A stretch of 64,000 nt of DNA, from NCBI GenBank assembly GCA_020349965.1, contig CP070705.1, forward strand, positions 689,092-753,091, given 5' to 3'. Below, piece by piece: positions 26,351-35,795 of the stretch; position 1 is the stretch's first letter, and every line of letters begins with the position of its first letter. The notes beneath the pieces are model-generated. The model was not told where the DNA came from. It did no database searches and saw only the letters and a list, made by a program, of their open reading frames with translations. Origin of the DNA: a candidate division WOR-3 bacterium (GTDB taxonomy: Bacteria > Hydrothermota > Tepidihabitantia > SM23-42). The position numbers and the translations under genes were made by a program.

Positions 26351-28561
26351 ATGGCGATGGAAACCCCCGAGACAATCGTCTGTGATAAATGCGGCGCCCA
26401 AAGCGCGCAGGGTATCACTCACTGTGTGAAGTGCGGCCATGAATTATACCACGACTACTACAAGGGCATCCAATTCCGTAACATCCTCATCACCCTGGGG
26501 CTCTTCCTTCTCCCCTTTGTCATCTTTTTCTATATCCTCAACTCAGAGACATCACGGCACTTCGAGAACCAGGTCAAACAGCAACTAAGCTATTCTGTCG
26601 AGGCAAATGCACGGGCGATAAAAGCCTTCCTTGAAGAACGTAGGCACGATCTTCTCTCTATCTCCACCATGGATGTTGCGGAAATTGGCGATATCCGAAG
26701 CAGACGGACATTCCTCCAGAGATTCCTGAAGGAAAAACCATCCTTCGATTTCATTGCGGCCGCAGACCCGCACGGCGCTATCATCTTCTCGACCAATGAC
26801 CTGCGCGGCAACGTAAACGACCTGGCGTATTTCAGAAAATCAATGAACGGCGAATTTTACAACAGCGGCATATTCCACTCCGACATCCTGGATACGTCGG
26901 CGATGATTGTATCTTCCCCGCTCTGCAACCGCAACGACCGACAGATCGGTGTCATATTTGCTTCCATATCATTAAGCGAGCTTTATGCGCTTATTCTCGA
27001 CCTGCGCATAGGACAGACCAGCGAGATCTTCCTCGTCGACGAAAGGGGTGTATTCCTCTCTCCGTCCAAACTCGGCGGTAAGGTCCTGAAGGAATTCGGA
27101 TACTACAGTAAAGACGTGAACCCGCATGCAGACGGCGGCGGAGTGCTCATTCATCGTGATTACCGCGGTGAGAAGGTTATCTGCGCCTACCGGAGCTTCG
27201 AAGAATTCCACGGTTACCTTGTGTCGGAAATGGACGTAGAAGAGGCACTCGCGCCGGTCGTCCGATTGAAGACGATAATCTTCTATATCTTTCTCATATT
27301 CGGCGTGTTTCTTGTTTTTTCGTCCATATTCTTTTCGCGACGTATAACCAAACTCTTGAAAAATCTAACCTCCGCCCTGAAATCAGCCCTGGACGATCTA
27401 AGCCAGAAGAAAAGAACGATCGATACGATCAATATTGAACTCAGAAAGAGGTTGCGCGACTGCGAATCTCTGAGCACACAACTACGCATCTCAGAGGAAT
27501 ACGTCAAGAACATCATTAACAGTATTTCGAGCGGTGTCGTCGCTTTTGACAGAAAGCTCAGGATAACCTACTGTAATGATTTCGTACGAACATTATCCGA
27601 CAAGGGACAAATATCAATACAAACACACCTGTATGACGCTCTTCCGATCATGAGAAACGAAACCATCGTCAAAGCCGTTGAAGGAATATTCAGCCACAAA
27701 GAATCTTTCCACATTGCAAGGACCTCGGTCTCAAATGACCGCCGCGACTACATCTTCAGCATCTCTGGATTTCCAATACGCCACGGGAACGATATCTCTG
27801 GAGCGACACTTCTGATAAATGACATCACACAGGAAGAAAAGATGCATGCTCAGATGGCCGATTACGAAAAACTATCGGCTTTGAGCCAAGTCGCCCTTGG
27901 TGCGGCGCACGAAATAAATAACCCACTGCTTGGCATCACATCATACATTGAACTGCTCATCGAAGAAGAGAAGGACGTAGAAAGAAGAACGCAAGCGAAA
28001 CAAGTGCTGGACAGTGCGTACCGTATTTCAGAGACGATACGCGGGCTCTTGAACTTTGCCCGTCCCTCACCTCCAACGTTTACCAAAATAAATATCAGCA
28101 AACTGATCACTGAAACCATATCATTCCTAACCCATCAACCGCTCTTCAAGAAGATAAAGATCCATGCGCAACTTGCCGATTCTATACCTCACATCAGTGC
28201 TGATGCTAACCAGATAAGGCAGGTATTATTGAATGTCTTTCTCAATTCAGCTCAGGCCATGCCCGGAGGTGGCTCCATCACCGTCACGTCTCAGAAGGTA
28301 AAGTTCGAAGAACAAGTAGAATTAAAGATCATTGACACGGGTACCGGTATCTCACAGGAAAATCTGACACGCGTATTCGATCCGTTCTTTACAACCAAGA
28401 AGGGCGAGGGTACCGGTCTCGGCCTGAGTATCAGCTACAGTTACATTAAGAACCATAACGGACGGATTGCGGTCAGTAGCGAATTGGGTAAGGGAACCGA
28501 AGTGACGCTGATACTGCCGATCAGACAGAAAGCCACGAAACAGCCCCAGGTCATTGAATAA
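26351..28561 (+). CDS. Sensor histidine kinase: zinc ribbon - TM - Cache - TM - PAS - HisKA - HATPase
   Basis: CDKC/CVKC N-terminus; two TM helices; DYRGEKV Cache signature; AAHEINNPL H-box; NSAQAM, DTGTGI, FDPFFTTK, GTGLGL. Confidence 0.93.
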   Translation: MAMETPETIVCDKCGAQSAQGITHCVKCGHELYHDYYKGIQFRNILITLGLFLLPFVIFFYILNSETSRHFENQVKQQLSYSVEANARAIKAFLEERRHDLLSISTMDVAEIGDIRSRRTFLQRFLKEKPSFDFIAAADPHGAIIFSTNDLRGNVNDLAYFRKSMNGEFYNSGIFHSDILDTSAMIVSSPLCNRNDRQIGVIFASISLSELYALILDLRIGQTSEIFLVDERGVFLSPSKLGGKVLKEFGYYSKDVNPHADGGGVLIHRDYRGEKVICAYRSFEEFHGYLVSEMDVEEALAPVVRLKTIIFYIFLIFGVFLVFSSIFFSRRITKLLKNLTSALKSALDDLSQKKRTIDTINIELRKRLRDCESLSTQLRISEEYVKNIINSISSGVVAFDRKLRITYCNDFVRTLSDKGQISIQTHLYDALPIMRNETIVKAVEGIFSHKESFHIARTSVSNDRRDYIFSISGFPIRHGNDISGATLLINDITQEEKMHAQMADYEKLSALSQVALGAAHEINNPLLGITSYIELLIEEEKDVERRTQAKQVLDSAYRISETIRGLLNFARPSPPTFTKINISKLITETISFLTHQPLFKKIKIHAQLADSIPHISADANQIRQVLLNVFLNSAQAMPGGGSITVTSQKVKFEEQVELKIIDTGTGISQENLTRVFDPFFTTKKGEGTGLGLSISYSYIKNHNGRIAVSSELGKGTEVTLILPIRQKATKQPQVIE

Positions 28562-29919
28562 TGGCAACATCGATTCTAGTCATCGACGATGAAGTATTGA
28601 CCCTGAGCAATCTCAGGCGGGCGTTGACAAAGGAAGGATATGAAGTCATGGTTGCCGACTCGGGGGAAACCGGTATTGAGATCTTCAAGAAGAACCACCC
28701 CAATCTGGTATTGGTAGACCTAATGCTTCCCGGTATCGACGGAATCGAAGTCTTGAAGCAGATAAAGGATCTTGAAGCCAATACCGTCGTCATAATGATC
28801 ACCGCTTACGAGATTATCGAGAAGGCGATCGAAGCCATGAAGCTGGGTGCATATGACTACATGATGAAGCCATTCAAAATAAACGAACTGAAGGCTGGGA
28901 TCGCGCGCGCGCTCGAACTGCAATCGCTGCGGGTAAGGGTATCGGACACGATCGAAACGGAACGCGGCAAATACTACTTCGACAGGATAACCGCCCGGAG
29001 CGGGCTAATGATCGATGCCGTAAGAACAGCCCGGCGGGTGGCGCCACTGGATAGAACTACCATCCTCATCACTGGCGAAAGCGGCGTCGGCAAGGGATTA
29101 TTCGCCCGAGCAGTACACTACAACAGCGGGCGTGCCGAAGCGCAATTCACAGAGCTAAATTGTGCTGCCATACCGGACAATTTACTCGAGAGCGAACTCT
29201 TCGGCTACGAACCCGGGGCTTTCACGGATGCACGTAGACGCAAGATAGGATTGCTGGAAAAAACCGACCGTGGCACCCTGTTTCTTGACGAGATCGCAGA
29301 CATGCCGTTTCCGCTCCAGGCGAAGGTGCTGAAGGTACTTGAGGAGCAATCTTTTTCCCGCCTCGGCGGAACGAATCAAATCACGGTAGACGTCCGCATC
29401 ATCGCTGCCACTAATAAGGACCTGCAGAAGCGGATCGAACAAGGAGACTTCCGGGAAGACCTTTTCTACCGGCTCAATGTGGTACCGATCGCAATACCGC
29501 CGTTGAGAGAGAGAAAGGAAGATATAATACCCCTTGCCCTATCATTCATCGAGGAATTCAATGTCGAGCTCCATCGATCATTCAAGGGTATATCCCCTGA
29601 CGCGGCGCATGCTTTGACCGAATATGACTGGCCTGGGAATGTGCGTGAATTACGCAACATCATCGAAAGAACCATGGCACTTCATCAAGGTGAAGAGATA
29701 CTCGCCGAACATCTCTCTGTAGAGATAACGGCAAGCAGGCACATTGAACCGATTATAAGAGAGCAAAAGAAACAGAACGAATTCACGAGCCTGAAGGAAT
29801 TGGAGGATAGATACATAAGAGAAGTATTGGCCTATACGGAGGGGAATAAATCGAAGGCAGCCGGGATACTGGGCATACATCCCACTTCGCTATTCCGAAG
29901 ACTCAAGAAGAGGAAATAG
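28561..29919 (+). CDS. sigma54-dependent (NtrC-family) response regulator
   Basis: REC (IDDE, DLMLP), GESGVGK, ESELFGYEPGAFTDA, FLDEI, WPGNVREL, Fis-type HTH. Confidence 0.95.
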   Translation: MATSILVIDDEVLTLSNLRRALTKEGYEVMVADSGETGIEIFKKNHPNLVLVDLMLPGIDGIEVLKQIKDLEANTVVIMITAYEIIEKAIEAMKLGAYDYMMKPFKINELKAGIARALELQSLRVRVSDTIETERGKYYFDRITARSGLMIDAVRTARRVAPLDRTTILITGESGVGKGLFARAVHYNSGRAEAQFTELNCAAIPDNLLESELFGYEPGAFTDARRRKIGLLEKTDRGTLFLDEIADMPFPLQAKVLKVLEEQSFSRLGGTNQITVDVRIIAATNKDLQKRIEQGDFREDLFYRLNVVPIAIPPLRERKEDIIPLALSFIEEFNVELHRSFKGISPDAAHALTEYDWPGNVRELRNIIERTMALHQGEEILAEHLSVEITASRHIEPIIREQKKQNEFTSLKELEDRYIREVLAYTEGNKSKAAGILGIHPTSLFRRLKKRK

Positions 29920-29966
29920 AGTCAATGAACTTCCCTCTTTAGCCGACACACGACATTTTACATCAC

Positions 29967-30001
29967 TGCATTTTGCTATAATCACATGCAAAATGCTATA
30001 G
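29967..30001. promoter_or_regulatory. Putative enhancer (UAS) for the adjacent sigma54 activator
   Basis: GCATTTTGC-11-GCAAAATGC perfect inverted repeat (29968-29996) upstream of a -24/-12 box. Confidence 0.6.
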
Positions 30002-30039
30002 TTCTTCAATTAATACCTCAGAATTCAAAGATAATTCGC

Positions 30040-30055
30040 AGGCACGCTAATTGCA
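30040..30055 (+). promoter_or_regulatory. sigma54 (-24/-12) promoter of gdh
   Basis: AGGCACGCTAATTGCA fits TGGCACG-N4-TTGCW with exact GG-N10-GC spacing, directly downstream of an NtrC-family gene. Confidence 0.8.
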
Positions 30056-30081
30056 CTACCTGATGTAAACGGAGGTTGGTC

Positions 30082-31365
30082 ATGGTGAAATTAAACAACA
30101 CCAAAATTCAAGAGAAGAAATATGATCCATTCATCGAGGCTACGATGCAATATGAAAGGGCCGCTAACTCATTGGATCTGGAATCCTGGATATACAACCG
30201 GTTGAAGTTTCCGGAAAAAGAACTGACCGTACATATGACAATAACACGTGACGACGGTAAAGTAGAGACCTATACAGGCTATCGTGTCCAACATTGCACG
30301 GTCAGGGGGCCAGGTAAAGGAGGAATTCGTTACAGCCCGGACGCTTCACTCAGCGAGTGTAAAGCGCTTGCTGCATGGATGACATGGAAGACTGCAGTAC
30401 TTGATCTACCCCTCGGTGGTGCCAAGGGCGCGGTCATATGTAACCCGCCAGCAATGACCGAAGGCGAGCTCGAAAAACTGACCAAAGAATATACTTATTC
30501 AATTAAAGAGATAATCGGGCCGAACCGTGACATACCGGCGCCGGATGTCTGGACAAATGCCCGAACCATGGCTTGGATTTGTGATGCTTACAGCCGGTAT
30601 GTCGGACATTTTGAACCCGCCGTTGTGACTGGCAAACCCATCGAAATAGGTGGTTCACTCGGTCGCTCCGGAGCAACGGGCTTGGGCATGTACTACTCGT
30701 TGCTCGAAGCCTCTAAGCATCTCGAATACCCGCTTGAGGGCAAACGGGTCGCCATCATCGGATATGGCAATGTCGGCTGTTCTATTGCGGAATTGCTATA
30801 TCCCTACGGATGCAAGATCATTGCGATAACCGACATCTACGGCGGCATATACAACAGAAACGGAATAAACATAACTGAATTGAGTGAATATGTCACCCGG
30901 ACAAAGAGCGTAAGTGGATTCAAAAAATATGATTCGATCACCAATGAAGAATTGCTCCGCCTCAACTGCGACATCCTTCTGCCATGCGCTGTCGAAGGTA
31001 TGATCAATGAAAAGAACGCAGACAAGATAAAAGCAAGGATCGTCTGCGAAGGCGCAAATGGACCTACGACCGCCGATGCAGACGAAATCCTGGTCGAAAA
31101 CGGCGTCTTCATGCTGCCCGATATCCTGGCAAATGCAGGTGGTGTCACCGTTTCGTATCTTGAGTGGATCCAGGATCTGCAAAAGCTTTTCTATAGTGAA
31201 GAAGAGGTAAAGACCAGATGCTGGAAAATGATGCAGAAAGCATTCTGGGATGTCATCCGTGTTGCCGACAAATATAAGACGAACATGCGCCACGCAGCAT
31301 ACATCCTCGCCGTTCAGCGGGTCGCAGATTCTATAAGAATGTTCGGTAAAATCGGCAGGAACTAA
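30082..31365 (+). CDS. gdhA: Glu/Leu/Phe/Val family dehydrogenase (glutamate dehydrogenase)
   Basis: GYRVQH, GPGKGGIR, MTWKTA, GGAKG, DIPAPDV, VTGKP, GYGNVG, EGANGP, PDILANAGGVTVSY. Confidence 0.92.
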   Translation: MVKLNNTKIQEKKYDPFIEATMQYERAANSLDLESWIYNRLKFPEKELTVHMTITRDDGKVETYTGYRVQHCTVRGPGKGGIRYSPDASLSECKALAAWMTWKTAVLDLPLGGAKGAVICNPPAMTEGELEKLTKEYTYSIKEIIGPNRDIPAPDVWTNARTMAWICDAYSRYVGHFEPAVVTGKPIEIGGSLGRSGATGLGMYYSLLEASKHLEYPLEGKRVAIIGYGNVGCSIAELLYPYGCKIIAITDIYGGIYNRNGINITELSEYVTRTKSVSGFKKYDSITNEELLRLNCDILLPCAVEGMINEKNADKIKARIVCEGANGPTTADADEILVENGVFMLPDILANAGGVTVSYLEWIQDLQKLFYSEEEVKTRCWKMMQKAFWDVIRVADKYKTNMRHAAYILAVQRVADSIRMFGKIGRN

Positions 31366-31385
31366 CAGTACATAGAAATTCATCC

Positions 31386-31415
31386 AGCCGGGTTCTACCT
31401 GAACCCGGCTTTTTT
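31386..31415 (+). terminator. Intrinsic terminator after gdh
   Basis: AGCCGGGTTC-TACCT-GAACCCGGCT followed by a T tract. Confidence 0.85.
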
Positions 31416-31444
31416 CTTGCAGTAAGTACAGAAAGGCACTATGA

Positions 31445-31508
31445 ATGCAAAATGCAATAGCATAACGTGGAAGAAACCTGTTGACTATGGCCCAAATGTA
31501 AGTATAAT
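31445..31508 (+). promoter_or_regulatory. Operator copy plus sigma70-type promoter of the redox operon
   Basis: ATGCAAAATGCAATAG (31445-31460), 15/16 identical to 29986-30001; TTGACT-16-TATAAT at 31481-31508. Confidence 0.65.
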
Positions 31509-31530
31509 AATGCCCCGAGAAAGGAGTGAT

Positions 31531-32031
31531 ATGAAAATCAACGCGAAGGATCTTTCGAGAATAGTTAGCAAATATCACGACGAGAAGTCGTCCCTCATCG
31601 CCGTCCTCCAGGATGTGCAGGAAGAATATCACTGGCTTCCTCCGGAAGCGCTCCGATTTGTCTCAGAAAAACTGTGTATTCCTTTGATCGATGTTTACAG
31701 CGTGGCCACCTTCTACCGTGCATTCAGCCTCACCCCGCGCGGCGAACATGTGGTGACTGTGTGTCTGGGTACAGCATGCCATGTACGCGGAGCGCCGCTC
31801 GTTCTCGACCGCATAAGAAATCGACTGAGAGTTGAACCGGGCTGCACGACAGGTGACGGCAAGTTCACGCTGGAGAGCGTCAACTGCCTGGGCGCTTGCG
31901 CCTTGGCGCCGATCGTTGTCGTCGACGGTAAGTACCATGGTCAGACCACAGTGAAAAAAGCAGCTCAGATTATTGAAGAATACCACACAAAAAGACCGAA
32001 GAAAAGGGTAACTCGCAGAAGAAAAAAGTAG
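31531..32031 (+). CDS. NuoE/HydC-like [2Fe-2S] subunit
   Basis: LIAVLQDVQ, VATFY, CLGTACHVRG, NCLGACALAP; AAGGAG SD. Confidence 0.92.
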   Translation: MKINAKDLSRIVSKYHDEKSSLIAVLQDVQEEYHWLPPEALRFVSEKLCIPLIDVYSVATFYRAFSLTPRGEHVVTVCLGTACHVRGAPLVLDRIRNRLRVEPGCTTGDGKFTLESVNCLGACALAPIVVVDGKYHGQTTVKKAAQIIEEYHTKRPKKRVTRRRKK

Positions 32032-32034
32032 GAC

Positions 32035-32424
32035 ATGACCCTATCCCAAATAAGAATCCTGCTCGACGCAGAATTCATCTGTGAACACGGAATGCAAAAC
32101 TCCGACATAAAATATGCTAAAGCATCGGACCTCATGAGCGATGTCCTTGCATTCTCTGAACCGTTTTCCGACCGCAACACAATCCTCATAACCGGGCTCA
32201 CCAACAAACAGGTCATCAGAACATGCGAAATCGCCGGGGTAGGAGCTATTATTTTCGTGCGCGGCAAGAATCCATCGACCGAAACCATTGAACTTGCCCA
32301 TCAATGCAAAATAACACTACTCACGACGAAGTTGAAGATGTTTGAAACTTGTGGAATTCTCTATACAAACGGCATAACTGGTGTAGCACCCGGCACACAT
32401 GGGAATCCATCAGATGCAACCTGA
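32035..32424 (+). CDS. DRTGG domain protein
   Basis: SDLMSDVL, LITGL, IIFVRGK. Confidence 0.85.
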   Translation: MTLSQIRILLDAEFICEHGMQNSDIKYAKASDLMSDVLAFSEPFSDRNTILITGLTNKQVIRTCEIAGVGAIIFVRGKNPSTETIELAHQCKITLLTTKLKMFETCGILYTNGITGVAPGTHGNPSDAT

Positions 32425-32863
32425 AGCACTCTTGCAGAAAGAATTCGCGATTCAGGGCGGCGATTTTGTGAATGCCGGAGAATCATCGTGCATGATAAGA
32501 AACACGCTACGTGAGATCGGGGTCGACAGTGATATCGTTCGGCGCATGGCAATTGCCGCATACGAAGCAGAGATGAACGTTGTCATGTATGCTCTGCACG
32601 GCACAATGCAAATAAGCGTCTACCGCGATGAAATCCTTCTGACAATCGCCGATAAAGGGCCGGGCATACAGGATATCGAAATGGCAATGCAACCCGGATT
32701 CTCCACGGCGACCGAGGAAATGCGCGAAATGGGATTCGGCGCCGGCATGGGTTTGCCCAACATAAAGAAGAACGCAGATGTTTTCAACATAACATCACGT
32801 GTCGGTAACGGCACGAAGCTCGAAATCCGGATATTCCTCGATGGAAAAAAGACCAGAAAGTAG
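32414..32863 (+). CDS. Anti-sigma-factor-type Ser/Thr kinase (HATPase_c)
   Basis: AAYEAEMNVV, DKGPGI, GFST, GFGAGMGLPN. Confidence 0.88.
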   Translation: MQPEALLQKEFAIQGGDFVNAGESSCMIRNTLREIGVDSDIVRRMAIAAYEAEMNVVMYALHGTMQISVYRDEILLTIADKGPGIQDIEMAMQPGFSTATEEMREMGFGAGMGLPNIKKNADVFNITSRVGNGTKLEIRIFLDGKKTRK

Positions 32864-34148
32864 TTTCATTCATTCAATAAAGGTCGACGATGCAACATGC
32901 ATCGGATGTGTTGCGTGTATGAAGGTCTGTCCTACTAAGGCGATACGGCTACGCGGCGGGAAAGCACATATCAACTACGAACGATGTATCGATTGCGGCG
33001 GTTGTTTGCGAATCTGCCCGCACCATGCCGTCGTACCGGTCACCACATCACCATCCGATCTCAATCGATTCAAATATAGAATCGCATTGCCCTCACCAGT
33101 CGTCTATTCGCAGTTCGGCAGCACGGTAATGCCCAATGAAATTCTCACGATTCTGACCGAGATCGGATTCGACCATGTATACGACGAAGCCCTCGTCTGC
33201 GAGATGGCGAGCATTGCGATCGAGGAATATCTCGACGAGAACAAATCACCCAGGCCTATAATATCGTCCACTTGCCCGGTTGTCGTAAGGCTAATCCAGA
33301 GGCTCTTTCCCACTCTCTGCAAGAACATCTTGCCGTTGGAACCGCCTCGCGAAATAGCTGCCAAGAACTTACGTTCCGAAGTCACGAGAGAAAAGAAAAT
33401 AGCGCCTGACGAGATCGGCATCATCGATATCACTCCATGCTCTGCAAGGATGGTCTCGATATGCCACCCCGAGACGATGGAGAAGTCGAACCTCGACGGG
33501 GCGATCCCGATCAAAGATATCTACAACAAAGTCATGCTGAGACTCAAACGCAGCATGCCGATGGTCATGATGCAGAGCCAGACACGGATCAGCGGCATCG
33601 GTATTGGTTGGGCGATCGAGGGCGGCGAGATAAGGGGGCTTAAATACACGAATTCCGTTTCCGTTTCTGGAGTGCTTAATACAATACGCCTCCTTCAGGA
33701 CGTAGAGTCAGGTCGCCTGAAGAACATCGAATACCTCGAGTGCTTGATATGTCCTGATGGATGCATAGGCGGCCCGCTCACCGTAGAAAATCGATTCATT
33801 GCGAAGAGCAATGTCTTGCGCCTCATACGGCACTTCGGCGGCAAGAAAAGAGTCAATGTAGATATGGTCAAGAAACTCTACAGGGAGAATTTCTTCTCCT
33901 TCAAATGGGCTGTTGAGCCAAAGTCGTTTCCTCCTCTTGACAAGGACAGGAACGTGGCGATTCTGAAGCTCAAGCAGAAAGAGGAATTGCTGAAAAGACT
34001 CCCGGGCACCGATTGCGGCGTTTGCGGTGCTCCGGACTGCAAAACTCTTGCCGAAGACATTGTACGGGGTGAATCAAAGATCGAGAATTGCATATACATC
34101 AAAAAGAAACCATCAAGTGAAATGAAAAATACTGGAGATAAAAAATGA
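32841..34148 (+). CDS. [FeFe]-hydrogenase-like sensory protein (group D/HfsB-like): 2x[4Fe-4S], degenerate H-domain, C-terminal FeS domain
   Basis: CIGCVACMKVCP, CIDCGGCLRICP; SSTCP, ITPCSAR, CLICPDGCIGG; LPGTDCGVCGAPDC. Confidence 0.82.
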   Translation: MEKRPESSFIHSIKVDDATCIGCVACMKVCPTKAIRLRGGKAHINYERCIDCGGCLRICPHHAVVPVTTSPSDLNRFKYRIALPSPVVYSQFGSTVMPNEILTILTEIGFDHVYDEALVCEMASIAIEEYLDENKSPRPIISSTCPVVVRLIQRLFPTLCKNILPLEPPREIAAKNLRSEVTREKKIAPDEIGIIDITPCSARMVSICHPETMEKSNLDGAIPIKDIYNKVMLRLKRSMPMVMMQSQTRISGIGIGWAIEGGEIRGLKYTNSVSVSGVLNTIRLLQDVESGRLKNIEYLECLICPDGCIGGPLTVENRFIAKSNVLRLIRHFGGKKRVNVDMVKKLYRENFFSFKWAVEPKSFPPLDKDRNVAILKLKQKEELLKRLPGTDCGVCGAPDCKTLAEDIVRGESKIENCIYIKKKPSSEMKNTGDKK

Positions 34149-34489
34149 AAATTCGAGAAATCGTGAAAGCATACGATCTCCATTTACTGACTGGGGAAAA
34201 AATGCAGGACCGCGAAATAACCGGAGGCTATGTCAGTGACCTGCTCAGCGATGTCATGGCTCACTGCAAGAAGGGAGCCATCTGGATCACGCTCCAGGCA
34301 CATCCGAATATCGTCGCGGTTGCCGTACTCAAAGAAATCTCGGGTATCATAATCGTTAATGGCCGCAAGCCGGAAAAAGATACGATCACAAAAGCCGAGA
34401 CCGAAAGCGTCGCCATCATGAGCACTGAACGCTCGGCCTTCGATGTGGCTGGACAACTGTACGGCATGGGCTTACGTGGAACGCGTTGA
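34145..34489 (+). CDS. DRTGG domain protein
   Basis: GYVSDLLSDVM, WITLQAHPNIVAVA. Confidence 0.85.
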   Translation: MKIREIVKAYDLHLLTGEKMQDREITGGYVSDLLSDVMAHCKKGAIWITLQAHPNIVAVAVLKEISGIIIVNGRKPEKDTITKAETESVAIMSTERSAFDVAGQLYGMGLRGTR

Positions 34490-35235
34490 TGTTGAAATGT
34501 CATCAAGTGGACCTTCACATACACTCTTGTCTGTCTCCATGCGCCGATTTGATGATGTCACCCAAGAGAATAGTCCGGGCCGCTATCGCTAAACAACTCG
34601 ACATGATAGCATTGTGCGACCATAATTCCGCAGAGAACATCGAAGCCACCATGGCCGTGGCACGTAACACGAGATTAACAGTTCTGCCTGGCATGGAAGT
34701 AACCAGTTCAGAAGAAGTCCATGTATGTGGCATCTTCAGAGATGCGGACGCGACTTTGACCCTACAGGAATTGGTGTACAGGGAACTTGCCCCGGGCGAG
34801 AACGACGCAGCACTTTTTGGCGACCAGATCATCGTCAATGAATTTGACGAGGTCGAAGGCTACAACCGACGGTTATTGATTGGAGCCACCAATCTATCAG
34901 TGGAAGAAGTTGTGGCCGAAATCCACCGTCTTGGTGGTCTGGCCATAGCATGCCATGTCGACCGCCAGGCGTATAGCATCATCGAACAACTGGGATTCAT
35001 CCCGAAAGATCTCCAACTGGACGCACTGGAAATATCTGCTGCAACCACATTTGACCAGGCCGTGAAGCGGATACCGCAATTAACAGAATACTCTGTCGTA
35101 TCATCTTCCGACGCCCACAGCCTCGATGAAATTGGAAAGATTGCGACTTCTCTCAACATCGAAAAGCTAGACTTCGACGAGCTACGCCAAGCATTGCGCC
35201 GCGAAAATGGGCGGAGCATATCCCTCAGGGGTTAG
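34489..35235 (+). CDS. PHP domain phosphoesterase
   Basis: DLHIHSCLSPC, LCDHN, PGMEV, EEVH, ACHVDR, SSDAH. Confidence 0.9.
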   Translation: MLKCHQVDLHIHSCLSPCADLMMSPKRIVRAAIAKQLDMIALCDHNSAENIEATMAVARNTRLTVLPGMEVTSSEEVHVCGIFRDADATLTLQELVYRELAPGENDAALFGDQIIVNEFDEVEGYNRRLLIGATNLSVEEVVAEIHRLGGLAIACHVDRQAYSIIEQLGFIPKDLQLDALEISAATTFDQAVKRIPQLTEYSVVSSSDAHSLDEIGKIATSLNIEKLDFDELRQALRRENGRSISLRG

Positions 35236-35237
35236 GT

Positions 35238-35795
35238 GTGGATGATTTATCATTGCATGTCCTCGATATCATTGAAAATGCGGTTACAGCAGGCGCCACG
35301 AATGTTGAGGTCCGGATCACTGACGACGAAAGGCAAAATCTCTTTATGATCGAGATCGCAGACAACGGCAGGGGCATGGACAAAGAAACGTTGAAAAAGG
35401 CAATCGATCCCTTTTACACGACAAAAACCGTCCGCAAGGTAGGACTGGGTCTTTCTATGCTGGCTCAAGCCGCAAAAGAAGCCGGGGGCAAATTCGGGGT
35501 ACAATCACAACCGGGCAGAGGTACCAAGATTCATGCACATTTCCTACACGACCATATTGACCGGAAGCCGTTAGGCGATATGGCCGAGACGATCGCAGCT
35601 TTCATCGCAGGCAACGGCGAGAAAGTAGATCTTACTTATCATCACCGTAAGGGTGATCAGGAGTTTTTCTTTTGCACCACAGAAATAAAAAAGGTGCTCG
35701 AAGAAATCACAATTTGCCACCCCGAGGTCATTTCCTTTATCAAAAGAGAAATCCGGGATGGTTTGAAATCAATTTCCAAAAGGAGCAAAATATGA
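35238..35795 (+). CDS. Stand-alone HATPase_c (kinase-like) protein
   Basis: LDIIENA, DNGRGM, DPFYTT, GLGL, DRKPLGD. Confidence 0.85.
   Translation: MDDLSLHVLDIIENAVTAGATNVEVRITDDERQNLFMIEIADNGRGMDKETLKKAIDPFYTTKTVRKVGLGLSMLAQAAKEAGGKFGVQSQPGRGTKIHAHFLHDHIDRKPLGDMAETIAAFIAGNGEKVDLTYHHRKGDQEFFFCTTEIKKVLEEITICHPEVISFIKREIRDGLKSISKRSKI

Noticed and set aside
28561-29919. GAFTDA instead of GAFTGA as a sign of a sigma54-independent regulator
   Set aside because: The key F and T are intact, the variant is common, and a good -24/-12 promoter follows the gene
30796-31632. 278-aa antisense ORF over gdh, and similar shadows (14725-15390, 24749-25564, 55269-55937, 62419-63234)
   Set aside because: They lie opposite well-supported genes, show no motifs or SD, and are expected from codon bias
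32841-34148. Calling this a catalytic [FeFe]-hydrogenase
   Set aside because: H-cluster motifs are degenerate, architecture is sensory-type and no maturases are in the window
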